A DNA stretch of 64,000 nt, from positions 19,378,912 to 19,442,911 of the forward strand of contig NC_092675.1 of assembly GCF_964355755.1 (NCBI RefSeq). The letters run 5' to 3'. Within the stretch, counting starts at the first letter, position 1, and every line of letters begins with the position of its first letter. Below are positions 1 to 12,984 of this stretch, piece after piece. The notes beneath the pieces were generated by a model. It had not been told where the DNA came from and ran no database searches. It was given only the letters and a program-made list of their open reading frames with translations. Source of the stretch: Antedon mediterranea. Lineage: Eukaryota; Animalia; Echinodermata. A program made the translations under genes and the position numbers.

Positions 1-574
1 AAATTATATAAGTTGATGTTTATGATATTAATAAACAAAAAATAACATTGAGTAATCTCTTGCCAATAAGTAGAACCTGATTTGCAACAAAACATGGTGT
101 AAACTAAATACACAGTAGCTTTTATAGTATTATATCTGAAATGGCATCGATCAAAGAATTGGAAGTGTGTACAAAAATCCACACTTACTTTTTATACGGT
201 AATCATTGACAGATACTTGCTAGCAAAACGCAAACAGTGTATCATGGATACCACACGGGCATGTTAAGCACTTCACCACGCCAAAGAATCTTTCCGAGAT
301 GACATCTAATCATTTACTTTTAGTAAAGTGGTTCTGTGTTCATTTATTAATTTGTTCGTTTGCTCTCTTCAAATAGGTTCTTGTACACTTTCAATCACTA
401 TCTATATTAGTCATCGATTCAAATGTTTTTGAATATTGTATGATTAATCTTGAAAATTACTTTGGAGAATTTTAAATTAGGTCACATAGCATCAGTAATA
501 TAGAGTTTTGGAAAACAAAATCAAAACGATGAAATGTCTTTGAGTAAAAGTTTTTTTTAAAATAAATACGACAT

Positions 575-1295
575 ACTGTGGAATTCGTAGAGAACTACAT
601 GGTGAAGAGACCAATTATCAAACTTGAACATTGCTGTGATTATCAAGTTTAGTAACAGGGTCAAAGTAAATTTAAATAATTTTATTTTTTACATTATGTT
701 TATTTGTTACTTTGTAAAGTGTAAATCATGATATTTGGATATTAGGACAAGTTATTAAGAAATGCTACATAAATGTATTGTTTACCCTTGGGCTGTCCAA
801 ATTGTTTTTCTAGAAAGTCTGGGTTTTTTTTTTCAATTTCAACAGTACAGGAACGAATGTGGAACATTAAAACCTTACGAAACGATGGTTTCAGGAGATA
901 TTTGACGGTACGTTGGTCTTCCTAATATCAAATAAGTATAGATCTCTGAATTAATCGTCGTCATAAGAATGCTTGAAAAAAAAGGCAACTTAGTCTATTT
1001 TACTTCAAGATATTTCGAGAGGGCGACATTCAGTAAAGATGTTCTAATGCCATAGGCCTAAAATATAAAACTATTTCAAACATTCTTGCGAATTTACCCT
1101 GAATACCTGTGATGACACTGCATACAAATACCTCAACATAATAAAATAGAAATTGTGCAAGATAGCTAAAATAGACTGTTGAAATAGGGACAGAAAAGTA
1201 TAAAAATTCCGTACATTTCAAATATTTGAATTAGATTTTTTCCCCCTACATTTTCCGGTGACGAGCTTCTTCGCCGGAAAATGTAGTAAAAAATA
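575..1295 (-). mobile_element. Putative Helentron/DINE-like non-autonomous element with terminal hairpin
   Basis: Perfect 13-bp stem CTACATTTTCCGG/CCGGAAAATGTAG at 1246-1286 next to an A/T run. A short CTACAT copy with a small GTAG..CTAC stem lies near 587-600. This matches the subTIR + IR layout of DINE-1-type elements; boundaries are uncertain. Confidence 0.35.
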
Positions 1296-2789
1296 AATAA
1301 TTATCAAACGGAAGCTACTACAGTATGTTATACATTCAAATAAATCAATGAATGAATCAATCATGAATCACAATGATAAGGAATAAATGTAATGTAAATT
1401 GAAATAAATTACCAATAAAGCTTTATTTGCTATAACAGTCTTCTTTATAAAAGAAGATATTTATTTAATAATGTTTATTATGGAACGTTTCGTCTTGCTG
1501 ATTAAATACGTTGTCAATGTTCTTTTAGTATACATTATTTAATTTACGAAAATAAATCATAATGGTACTTTAGATATATACTAGCTTTATTTAATAACGT
1601 TGTATTTTATAGGACTATTTTCTAAAACCATAAGCACATAATATGGTTTTAACTTGAAAACTGATACGCCATGGATAATGTATAGTAAATTTGATGATCG
1701 TTAAATCACGAAGGAAATAGCTGTTGCATGCTTAACTGTCAACCGCATTGGTAAAATCAATTTAAGATTTATCAATCGTCGCATCAAATATAACATGTCC
1801 ATGCCTACTTTGTATAATTGCAGCTAACTTATTCCTCTATCTGAAAACAGCGTTCCGCTTTAAACTGATTGTTCAAATCACCGCAGGTAACTATACAGAT
1901 ATCATGTTCGAAACAGAGCTTAATCAGACTTTTAACAAAAATTGACCGGGTTTAAAGTGAAAATGTACGCAAACGAAAAAAAAAAAATTATAGTATATAG
2001 AATGTTCATATTATGTGAGTGATTGAAGAGTGGATTGGTTACTTTGTATATGCCAATCTATTGGCTATTGATTACTATATGGAATAAGAAGAACTAATAT
2101 TATCGTGTAATATTATTTAATGTGATTCGAAGTCACTGACCAAAGCATGATTCACAATAAATCTGATGGAGATTGAGGTGGTGTGAAATCGTTACACACA
2201 TAGATGGACATATCTAACGATTCTCCCTCGGTTGTTTATTAGCTATGGTAAATGAGGGATGTTACACAAGTAGGCTAATTAGAGAACGTACATGGCCTAT
2301 ATAGACTGTAACTTTATAATCTACATTACGTTACGGTTAGAAAGTTCATCTATACACAGGCCTATAATTATCATCACGTCTTCTTGGCTCAATATTACAC
2401 CAAATGTAGAGTGGTAAGTGACGTTTAGCCGTAGGTCAATAAGCATTATTTAAAAAAAACATTATAAAACACTCAGCATACGAATAAACTATTTCACATG
2501 CTATTCCGTATACAAAAATAGGAAATAGTAAGCGACTTCGTTCATCATTTTGATGGCAACCCTTAGTTTTATGCCCTGCGATCTTAACTACGTCATGTTA
2601 AATCTTACTGCTGCTATTTTATCTATCTTTGTTTCTCTAGGCCCAGCTGTTTTACAGAAGATTAATCAGTCATTATGTGGATTCAATCATTTGTCCCACC
2701 CCCTTTCCGTCCCCTTGAGTACAGTAGTATCCTAATTCTGTCCATCATCTTATGTTTAGTGTGAACTAGTATTGACTCTCTCGTACAGA

Positions 2790-3500
2790 AGATAGATAAA
2801 AAATGAAGGTGAAGATAACAATATAAACAATTAAGATGATGAAGAAAGTGAAGACGAACACAAAGAGAAACAATAGATAAGGGAAGAAATGAAGATAAAC
2901 ATAAATTAAAATGAAAAAGAACATGAAAGAAAAAATGAAAGAAAAACAAAGAATAGATTTAAGAAGAGTATACATCAATATGAAGTAAGGTGAGAATATA
3001 AAAGGAATCAGGGATGGAAATGAAGATATTAATTTAAAATAAAGAAAATAAAGAAGAATAAATTGAAGAATAGATTGAAGAAAATTAAGTTAAGATGCAA
3101 AAGAAGCTCGAGGTTGTTGGATCATCAACAAAAAATGTTACCAAATACAAAATAGTTATCAAGATGAACTTTTTCACCAATAAAGAAAATAAACAATAAC
3201 AAAATGAACGTGAAATTGAAGTGAAGATAAATTGAACATGAAGGCGAAGCAATAAAGAATATTAAAAGTGAAGAAAATGAATGAAAAAAACCTTTATTGC
3301 GTTTCTTACATTTTTTGAGATGAAGACGATTAATAAAATGTAAAAGAAGTCTATAAGACACACAACAAATTGATGAAGATGAATTAGGAACATAAAAATA
3401 GTTGATGAGACAGGAACAGGGTATAGGAAATGAAATTGAAGATAAAGAAAATGAAAATTAAATTATGCCAATAAAGAAGATGAAATTACAAATGTAAACA
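2790..3500. repeat. Purine-rich (GAA/AAT/GAT) low-complexity tract
   Basis: Strong A/G strand bias with recurrent TGAAGA/AAATGAA words and frequent stops on +. The minus-strand ORFs are F/L/I-rich compositional artefacts. Confidence 0.7.
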
Positions 3501-5581
3501 TATTGATTAGTATATTGGTAATTATGATAATAATGACGATTTAGAAAATAACTGTGACTCTTCTTATTAGTTTTACAGGACCTGGTTAATAATCTGTTAA
3601 GAATTCAACAGAAATTATGATATCATGGGACGTTGCAAGAGGTCTCTAGTTTATGATTATCGACACAACATCTATTAGCATTTTGACAGTTGTTTTCCAA
3701 TGCTATGACTCAAATAGTAAAGTATGTCGGCTGTCAAACACTGCAGTATACAATCACTTTTCTCTTTCTGTATTATTATATTTTAAAGAAATAATGAAGA
3801 ATTTGTAACTTCGCTATGCACACAGAACTTATAAACATATTTAAACAACTTTCCCAATCGATGGGTACCAATTTGTTTTCTCTTGATTTTATGTATTAAC
3901 GGATTATTGTTTTGTATAAAAGTTATAGCATTTATGAAAAGTTATTCGTAATGGTTTTGTGCTTTAATTGTTAAAAAATCACTGTATACTGTTATATGTA
4001 TAGAAAACCTTTCTTGCTGTTCGATGGCGGATGATCCGCCAATTACACACGATGCCGTGCTCCAGTATCACTGGAGGGCTCTATAAAATAGAAAATAACA
4101 ATAAGTGTGAGTAAAATGTGATAATAAGGCTAATTGTCAATGACGATTCTCTTCTCTATTTTGAATGAAAGCATTACATAAAAACGAAATATAAATACCA
4201 AATGTCATCAATTGATAGATAGTTGTAAAGTATTTGTTAGGTTATGGGTTTACGAGGTTAAAAAGTACAGATGCTTAGAGATTCAATTTGTGTTTGCTTG
4301 ATAAATGTTCACTTGATGATCCATTATACTGATTACCTTAGGGTATATCACGTGTCGGTCTGAAATTCATATTAGTGAGGGATAACAAAAGTACACACAA
4401 CAAGGCGGTGAACGATAGTGATGTATGTTAATGGTGTTATGGAAGCAAATCAGTATTAATTCTGAATTAACGCATATTACGTTAAATATGACTGTATCAT
4501 TAAAGCAATTGCCAGAGGTATCAGAAAATAAAACAACAAGCTAGTGGTAGGATTTACTACGGATCTATCGATGTTGTAGGTGTATGGGATGACACATTAT
4601 AAACACATAAAAAAATATCTAAAAAATGATATGCATGATGATGTATTTACCGTAATGGTGTAAAATAAAATACAGGAGGCTGTTAAGCTTTGCCTACTAG
4701 CAAACGTTAGTTTTGCCAACTTGGTCAAGGAAAGACATTCTAGTGTAGACAAATTTAGTGTTGACAAAATTCGACTATAACTCCAGAAAACTACTACAGT
4801 AGTTTGTAGAAGTTGCTGAGGTACGGTTTGTAAATCATTTCAGCCGTTGTGGTTATGTGATCCTCATGCAGAAAGACAACCTCCAGTGCGTCAGAGACTG
4901 TATAGTTTTAATAAAGAACTTCTCCAAACAGATACGGAGTTTGCAAACAATTGGTTAAAAGATTGGAAAATACAATTTCTATGTATATGGTTTGAGCATG
5001 GAGGAATTCTAAATAATTTCTCCATGGTGGTTTGAGTAAGTTCTGAAAACATCGCTGTTGTCTGTGTACGTACACGAAGTTAACTTGTCGCGCGCGTGCT
5101 TCACAATTATGATTGGCTAACTGGATATACAAATCATATCAAACATCAAACGAAGACTGGTGATCTACACAAGTGCGGAAAATCGATGTTTTGCTCTACT
5201 AACTTACTAAATACTAAACTATTATTTGAAGAAATGTTTCTAGAAGTATTTGGTTAAATTAGTATTAGAACTTCTGAGCTGAAACTTGATTTATCTTTGG
5301 ATTTATGTGAAGTTTATTACATATTACACGATCAATTCAACAAAGGATTTCGTCGTATACAACGTCACACAGCGCGCGAACGCAGAGACTGGTAAGCTCA
5401 CGCGTGTAAAATGTTAACACGTGCTGCCGAGCAACTATGAAACAAAACATTCGTACGCGCCAGAGGGTATAAAACCCGAATGTTTGCAGAGTTTTTGCAG
5501 AAACAAGATTTAATTATTTTCTAAATCACTAAAATGAATTTATAATTGATTTTGCTTTAGGCCTATAAACAAAAGCAAAGG

Positions 5582-8500
5582 ATGAAAATCTTTTTTGCGT
5601 TTCTTGTTTTTATTTTGCTTTCACTTACTTTGATGACATCTGCTAAGAAAATAAATGGGATCGTTGATTCGACCGAGGTAGGCTATGATGATTCCTTCTT
5701 TGTATCTTTGGACTTACCTTAGCCTAGGACTAGATCTGCTGTGTATGATAATTAAAGAGCATAGACCCAGGTATAATTTTGCCGAAGCATAACGCAAATG
5801 CATTTTTGTAACTTGTGTTTTCTAGGACTTTGTTTTTCTTACCCGATTTGTCTTCCAACCAGACGAATATGGTGAAATGGACTATACATTCACCTACCCA
5901 GCGGTAATACATTCTGTATATTATATTATTTTTAAGTTTTACAATTTAGTGTTGTGTAATCCATTTTAATTTAATAATCCATGTATAAATTACAATACTT
6001 TTTTATATTCAGACTGAATGCTGCTATCAAATGCTGATTTTTAATGACGAACCTGGACAATGGCCTTTCGTGCGAGAGCATGAAAATGAACTGGTAAAGT
6101 AATTTCTTCGTTGAAAGAAGTATTTTATTGGTATCCCAAAAACAGTATATTATTATTTGAATTTCTAGTTTTGCTTAACATAAGACTATTGTTCAGTTAT
6201 CTAACTTGATACTGACTTTAATGATTGTAAGTTGTTATTATCATCAATAGATGTTAACATTACAATCCTGATATTTATTCGCAGAATTGCCTTGAAAGAA
6301 AGGAATTGATTCCAAGCTACTACAACGGAAAGGTTACGCTGAGTACGTCACAGAACTGTGAACTAAGGATGAATAACAACACACGACAAGAGGTACCAGT
6401 GTAAAATAGAATATGTGTTTAAAAGTAAAATCAACTTGGTATAGTCTATACACAAACTCGGATCAAGAAAATACTAATAGTAATACAATCATTGAATTTA
6501 GTGAAATCCTCCAATAATACACTAGGCCTACTTATATAGTTAAAGATGTCACTTTCGTCTCTACACTGTAGTTGATACCAAGTAAAATCGCATGAGTAAT
6601 GTGCAACAAATTAAACATTAAGCTAACTATTAGTAATATAAAAAATGTAATAATTAACTAAGAATGCATAATTATTATGACCTCTGTAGGAGTTTTTCTG
6701 TCACGGAAAACGTCATTTTGACGTAATTGATGAACGTTGGTGGTACATTGTAATTGCAAATTGTGGTGGTGACGGAATTAAAGACTTCAAATACAATATC
6801 CATCTCATAAACGGTAAAACGGCTTTCGACAACGAGTTTTCAGCGGATGAGCGCTGTAAGTATTAATGTGATTAAATATCACTGACTTTAAAAATAACTC
6901 AAAAGTTGACCAACTTTATTGGTATTGAGGTGGATCTAATACCTAAACTCTATATTTCAACAGACATTCTGCAAACTGATATAGCTTTTCTTGTTCTGTA
7001 CTTCGTAGTCTGTTTTTGGCTTTGTTATTATAGAAGTAAGTATAATAGTGTTTCTGTGATATTAAATTTATCCTTTACTTTAATTGGGATGTAAGCCTAA
7101 AGATTACATTCAAAATGGTTACCTTATTAGAGAATGTTGTTTACTTTTTAAAAATAATAATAATAATATTAATAATAATAAATAATAATAATATTTATAG
7201 AGTTTATGATCCAGCGACGCATGTTCAACCTCACCTATCGACTCTTTTGCTACTCTTGCTGTCTGCAAACGATAAGTCTTCTATTCCAAACATCGGCTTT
7301 AGCAAAATATGCCACTAATGGCGTCGGATTAGAAGGTTTACGAACATTTGGTAAGATTGATAATAAATGGTAAAAAGATTGATAGCGGTTTAAAACGATT
7401 GATAATGGTATATAAAGATTTATAATGGTATAATAGAAAGATAATGGTTTATAAAGATTGATAATGGTATATAAATATTGGTAATGGTAATTATTATATA
7501 AAGACAGATAATGGTATATATAAAGATTGATAACGGTATATAACAATGATAATGGTATATTATAGAAAACTGTAAATATCGTTAAAAAGTAGGCAACACC
7601 TGAAGTCTTTTATTTCAATATCTACTCTATTATTTTTCAGGCGAAATTATTTCATCAACTTCAATTCTCCTCTTTGTCCTTCTGCTCATCTTGATTGCTA
7701 AGGGATACACAGTCACTCGGTAAGACAATTTAGAAGTCTACCTATTAAAGATAATCTAAATGTAGTTTAAATGTTCAATGAGCAACGACTTCCGAAACTA
7801 AAATGGTCTTTGTGAAAACTATTTCCAATTCCCTTATTTTTTTACTTTCTTATTAAGTGCTCGATTGAGACCAACGACTAACCTTAAAATAACAGTCTTC
7901 ACCTGCTTTTACTTCTTTGCTTATTTCGGACTTTACGCCATCCAAGAATTAACCTTTGACCCAAGGGATGTAGTAAATAAGTACGATTCTGTTGCCGCAT
8001 TTGGAATCATCATCATGCAGTTCATTGGTTAGTTTTACATAATTATTATTATGGTACATAAATCTGAGTTTAAGAAAATATTAACTAAAATAAGGAAAGA
8101 AAAACAAGATAGAAAAAAAAAGTAATTCAGCGGGAAAAAAACAGAATCAAAAGAGAACACTTATAACGTTATTTGAATGCTTTATTTTAGGATTGGGTTG
8201 GATGTATTATGCCTGTTTCTTCACTATTAAACACAACCGAAACAAGACTCTATTCTACCTTATGTTCCTTGTGACATTTTCATGTTGGTTTTTAATAACA
8301 CCTATTACCATTTGGACATCAAACAGATTTATTGCAAAGTGGAAGAGGTAGAAATTGGATTATTTACAATTATTTGTTTGTTTTGTTTCTCTAATCTTAT
8401 AGAATTTATAAGAAGTTGTCCATAAATTATATTATTACAAAACACGTTCTTCTTGTTCAAGTAATTAAATCGTTTGTTTTCTTAAATAAGTTGATTAAAC

Positions 8501-9479
8501 TTGTTGTATTCCTTCAGAGCAAAAATCGTCAATGGGCTTGAACTGACTACTTTGTTTTATGGTCACCTGATTTTCCTTATCCTAACTCGACCTGCCGCCG
8601 CTAACGTGTTTTTCCCATTTCACCTCACTACAAACACTGTAAGAAATGTATTAATTAATTTGTTATAGAACAAATATCACCAGAAAATAGAAATATTATA
8701 ATTTAATAAAGATAATATATTCAGCTGTTCTTATCTACAGCAGCTGTACCAAACATGATTAAACTTATTCTTTTTCTTTATCATGCAAGCAACAATGTAT
8801 GTTTTGTAAAATAAAAATAGGTTGATATCTCGGGAAATACTGATGACGAAGACTCAGCAACGACTGAACCACCAGTGTACTCATCTCTCTTCGGAATTGG
8901 TTCATCGGGAGCTAAATATGTAAGTACAGTAAAAGAATGTTGTAATTGGAATAGTATACAGAAAAAAGATGAGTGGAAAAGTGTGTAAAACATCCAAACT
9001 TTCTTTACACTTAGGCAGTTAAAAACGAAAAGAAAAAAACGACCTTTGACCCAATCATTAGCAGTACTATTGAAGAGGTTAGTAATTATTAGGGAAAGAT
9101 AAATCCATCTAACCATTGTTTGGAAGGAATCATGCACGAAGCAAAACAAACGAAAAGCTCTCTCTATACTATCAAACTTATGTACCATTATGGACATGAT
9201 GTCATATCACTACCATATTTGGGCAAATCATAATAATTGTCAAACTAGTTTGATAGTGTAGACTGAGTTTTAGAAAATAGTTGGTGCTTCTTTTCTTTTT
9301 AAACTATAATTTAATTATAATTAGAATTTAATGCAACAATATTGTTGTTACAGGATGATGAGCGCAGCAACCCACCTCCTCCATCTGAAACAGTAAAACT
9401 GAGCATAGATGCTAAAGATGCAAGCGCTTTACCAAAAGGCCGATATATTATTGTGAAAGCTTATGTGGAGGAGAATTAA
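5582..9479 (+). CDS. TMEM145: TMEM145-like GOST/GPR180-family 7TM protein, multi-exon
   Basis: GT-AG exons 5582-5677 (signal peptide MKIFFAFLVFILLSLTLMTSAK), 5826-5903 (DFVFLTRFVF), 6013-6093 (CCYQMLIFNDEPGQWP), 6285-6392 and ~6690-6855 (ERWWYIVIANC...NGKTAFDNEFSADE). Later exons give ILQTDIAFL, LIAKGYTVTR, FDPRDVVNKYDS and AKIVNGLEL...LTRPAAANVFFPFH; the last exon is 9354-9479. The motifs match TMEM145 from memory. It is divergent and could be a paralog. Confidence 0.88.
7350..7560. repeat. Degenerate ~20-bp minisatellite (AAGATTGATAATGGTATATA) in TMEM145 intron
   Basis: About 9-10 imperfect tandem copies of GATTGATAATGGTATATAAA. Confidence 0.75.
9156..9269. mobile_element. PIF/Harbinger-type MITE family B, degenerate copy
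   Basis: TIR AGCTCT(G)TCTA(C)ACTATCAAACT...AGTTTGATAGTGTAGAC(A)GAG. Internal ATGGACATGATGTCATATCACTACCATATTTGGGCA is shared with the copies at 23724 and 31454. Confidence 0.7.
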
Positions 9480-11177
9480 TAAAGTCATTTTACAGAAAAC
9501 GTTATATACCGAATTATTAGTACAATAGTATTACGTACTAGATCATGCTTAAGATTCCTAGCATGGTGGATCAAATATGTTGTGATCTTTTTGAAAAAGT
9601 TCAGAGAAATCGGAATATTAAACTTGGACTGGTTTACGACACCTGCTGATGGCGCGCTACACAAATCATTAACGTGGATAAATGTTTTGCCGCTAGTTTG
9701 ATTTTAAGTCCATTTACTTTACTAAAAGGTTAATATATAAAGGCCATTTAGTCCGATTAAAATGTAAACATTATGTTAACATTGTTTAAAATTAGAAATT
9801 ATTATTACAATATCTGGTTGTATACGGTATATCGGCAATATTTATGTTTTACCTCCTTGTTTTGTCGTGGGCTACTGCCTGTAAAGGGTGATAGGAAAAT
9901 GCTTGTTCTCATGGTCACTCTCATCAATATCTAAATCTAAACCAATAGTAAATTATTTTATCATTCATTTTGATTATAAATTGATACTGTATGGGATAGT
10001 GGATTATGGATATCATGACGTGACTTTCTACAGTGACCCTTGGTCTTTGTTCACACATTTAAAGGTTCGACTTTAAATATAAAACTGTATCAATCAAAAC
10101 AATAAACGTACAGAAAAATATAGAATGGAGTAATAACAGAAATGAAAAGGACAATAATGCATGTGCGTGTGAATTGACTGTAAAACGATTAATGACAAAG
10201 TATCATCACATCCCAGATATACCATCAATTTCCATACATCAATCAGTAAGAAACCCGATCAAATCATAAAATTATAAATAACGTGTTGCTGATATTATTG
10301 TTTTTACATAGGTACCGTACTTACTATTAATTTAGGATGCATAGAAATATACATTATTTCTAGTTTCGGTTCCTTTCATCTTTACCTTGTGTCGATATTT
10401 TGCTCCGGGCTTATTTTTCTCTGCTCCTCTATAATCACTTGGCATTGTCTAAGTTACTATTATATATATTATTTTGTTATTGCCTCTATTCAAAAGTATT
10501 ACTCATCGATTTATTTTTTGACGTCTGCTTGTCTATAATAGTAAACGTTTTATCTCCAGACTGACTGAAATTATATGACGAATCAAAATTGATTTCTTAA
10601 ATAACAACATTAAATTTCAATTTTCATACAAATAAAAAAGTTAATTTGAATGAATGAGAAAGAAAATAGGAAATACGATTTGGAAAGTTCGAAAAAAAAT
10701 GAAAGAAGATAGCAGATTATCGGACGGTATCATGTCTAGCGAGAATAAACAGCCCTTAGTATCGTGTCAGCAGACAGCAATCGGCCTAACTATAGAAAAG
10801 GTTATTGTGTAGTTCAATTCATTTATTCATCAGTGGAAAATTACTTCCATTTATTGTCATTCATATAAAACATACATGAAATTATGTTTTCTCTGAGATA
10901 TACAAAATCAGATAAAAACAATTATTAGTGAAGTGTCACATCACTCTCGCACGGTATACTGACAATCATTCAGTGCCCGAACGGCAGCTGGATAAAAGCT
11001 GTTAAGAAACCTATTTGTACGAGAGATGATGGCAGCGAGCGAACATCGTCATCGTCTAAATCATGATAATTTTTATTGTTCATTTCCGGATAGGCGGCGG
11101 CATTCATATATATACACGTGTTTTCGTCAGGAACAGATATCATCATAACCTTAATTACTAACATCGTCAAAATCTGT

Positions 11178-11200
11178 ATCATCATCATAATCATCATCAA

Positions 11201-11236
<36 letters not shown>
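11178..11236. repeat. (CAT)n microsatellite
   Basis: About 19 ATC/CAT triplets; source of the poly-Met minus-strand ORF. Confidence 0.95.
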
Positions 11237-12873
11237 AATGATTGGATATTATAAGGGTCGTGGTCATTGTTGAGCGACACTTCTCGTATATAAATCGCCA
11301 GGATTCGAAAGGGTTCCACAAAAATGTTCAAATAATTATAAGAATATAGGCCTACACATTTACCTAAAAACCATTCAGATAATAATCTATATATAAATTT
11401 ACGTAAGGGCAAAAATCGGTAAATCGTGCGTTATTTCTAGAATGTTTACTCGATGGTATATAAAGTTGGTTCGTACTTTCGGTACTGATTTTAACCACCT
11501 GATGTAACCCTGTTTACTAATTAAATTGAGTTCGATTATTAGTTATTGACGATTAAAACGAATTTAGGTTCAACGATTTGCCCCAAATAGGGGTGTTTTC
11601 CGATCGTGGTATACACTGTCTAATGGATGTCAATTTGAAAAATACCCGCACACAATAATACGAGGACACTTCGCATTTTCCTATCTCCTCCTACGATAAT
11701 TGTTTTTAATAGCTGAAAACCGGTTGAACAGTTCGAGTACAGCATCATAATGTTGAAGACGGGCCAATTTTCTTTAAAAAATGCTATTTTGATACATGTA
11801 ATATACGTTTTTACAAATATATTGATTTGTGATGAATGGAACATTCCAAATTATTTGGTTTAACCATAGAGGTATAGATTTAGATTTATGGGCCCCCTTG
11901 GAGAATAAACATAAATAGTATTGCAATGCTGTACAATACTGTTAAGGTATTAACCACTTTTGATCGCAATTTGAATCGCAAATTTCTTACTGTGAGTGTT
12001 GGTACTGTTAGATATAATATAAACAAATATAAAAATAAACTTTATTACTGTGAGTGTGGGTAGGCCCTACTGTTAGATTATAAACATATAATATACAAAT
12101 AAATAAACGTTATTACTGACAGTTGCTTCTCAACGTTTGTATTAATTAATAATTTAAAAATATATAAACGTACGTAGTTTATGACGTTTGAATATGCCAG
12201 TATACATTTTCTTAAAATGTTTTCTTCTGTCGTTCTGTCAATTTGAAATAAGCTCAGAACAAACGCGTTACTTTATAGCTGACTGCAAACACCTTATTTT
12301 CAATTTGCTACGAGTGTAATTGTTAATTACAACATCATTTTATGACTATGTGAAATCATCTGAAACAACACACAATTACAAACTCAAATTACCATACACG
12401 TAACGAAAACATTTCCCGACACCACACAAATTACGGTGAAAATGCACAATGTACCTTAATTTGATTGGGCGACCATTCTAACGCCTTCACAAGATAACAA
12501 TGAATAAAAGAGACTATAATATTGTAATGAAAACATATTTAATCATAATAATAACTAACCTTATGAAAGAGAGACCTATATAATTTAACCTCAAATCGTT
12601 AGATAATTAGTATAACAAGTTTAAGGTCGAAGAAGACGTCGCATCTACCTCATTTATATCATGCACCAACGTTTGTAAAATTCGCCACAAAACATACCTT
12701 CAATTGAAGTATAATCATTATAACCTAAGAACCTAATGTAACAACAAATATAACAAAATAATTTATGAAAAATTGGAATTTTAAATTGTATACGACTATC
12801 TCTAATGATATCATGGTTGTTGGTTAATCTATTTGATAACAGAGGTTTGTTGAAGTTTGTGCTACTTGTAAAA

Positions 12874-12984
12874 AACAAGGCCATACACATGGCTGCATTC
12901 GCGTGCGCAAATTTGAGTTAGTGTTTACCGACCGACCAACCGACCGACATAATCAGCTATAGAGAGCGTTTGCACGTGACTAAA
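12874..12984 (-). mobile_element. Minimal Helentron-associated (DINE-like) element
   Basis: Reverse complement reads TTTTAGTCACGTG..CTCTATAG..TATGTCGGTCGGTTGGTCGG..GCACGCGA..GCCATGTGTATGGCCTTGTTTT, the same ends as 17419-18208, with a 3' GCCAT/ATGGC hairpin. Confidence 0.7.

Noticed and set aside
1246-1286. pre-miRNA or terminator hairpin
   Set aside because: Too short for a pre-miRNA, no known mature sequence recognised, and better explained as a transposon terminal inverted repeat.
2683-3361. Hydrophobic Phe-rich ORFs suggesting membrane proteins
   Set aside because: Artefact of the purine-rich low-complexity strand; no motifs or splice structure.
10970-11236. Poly-Met ORF
   Set aside because: Produced by the (CAT)n microsatellite.
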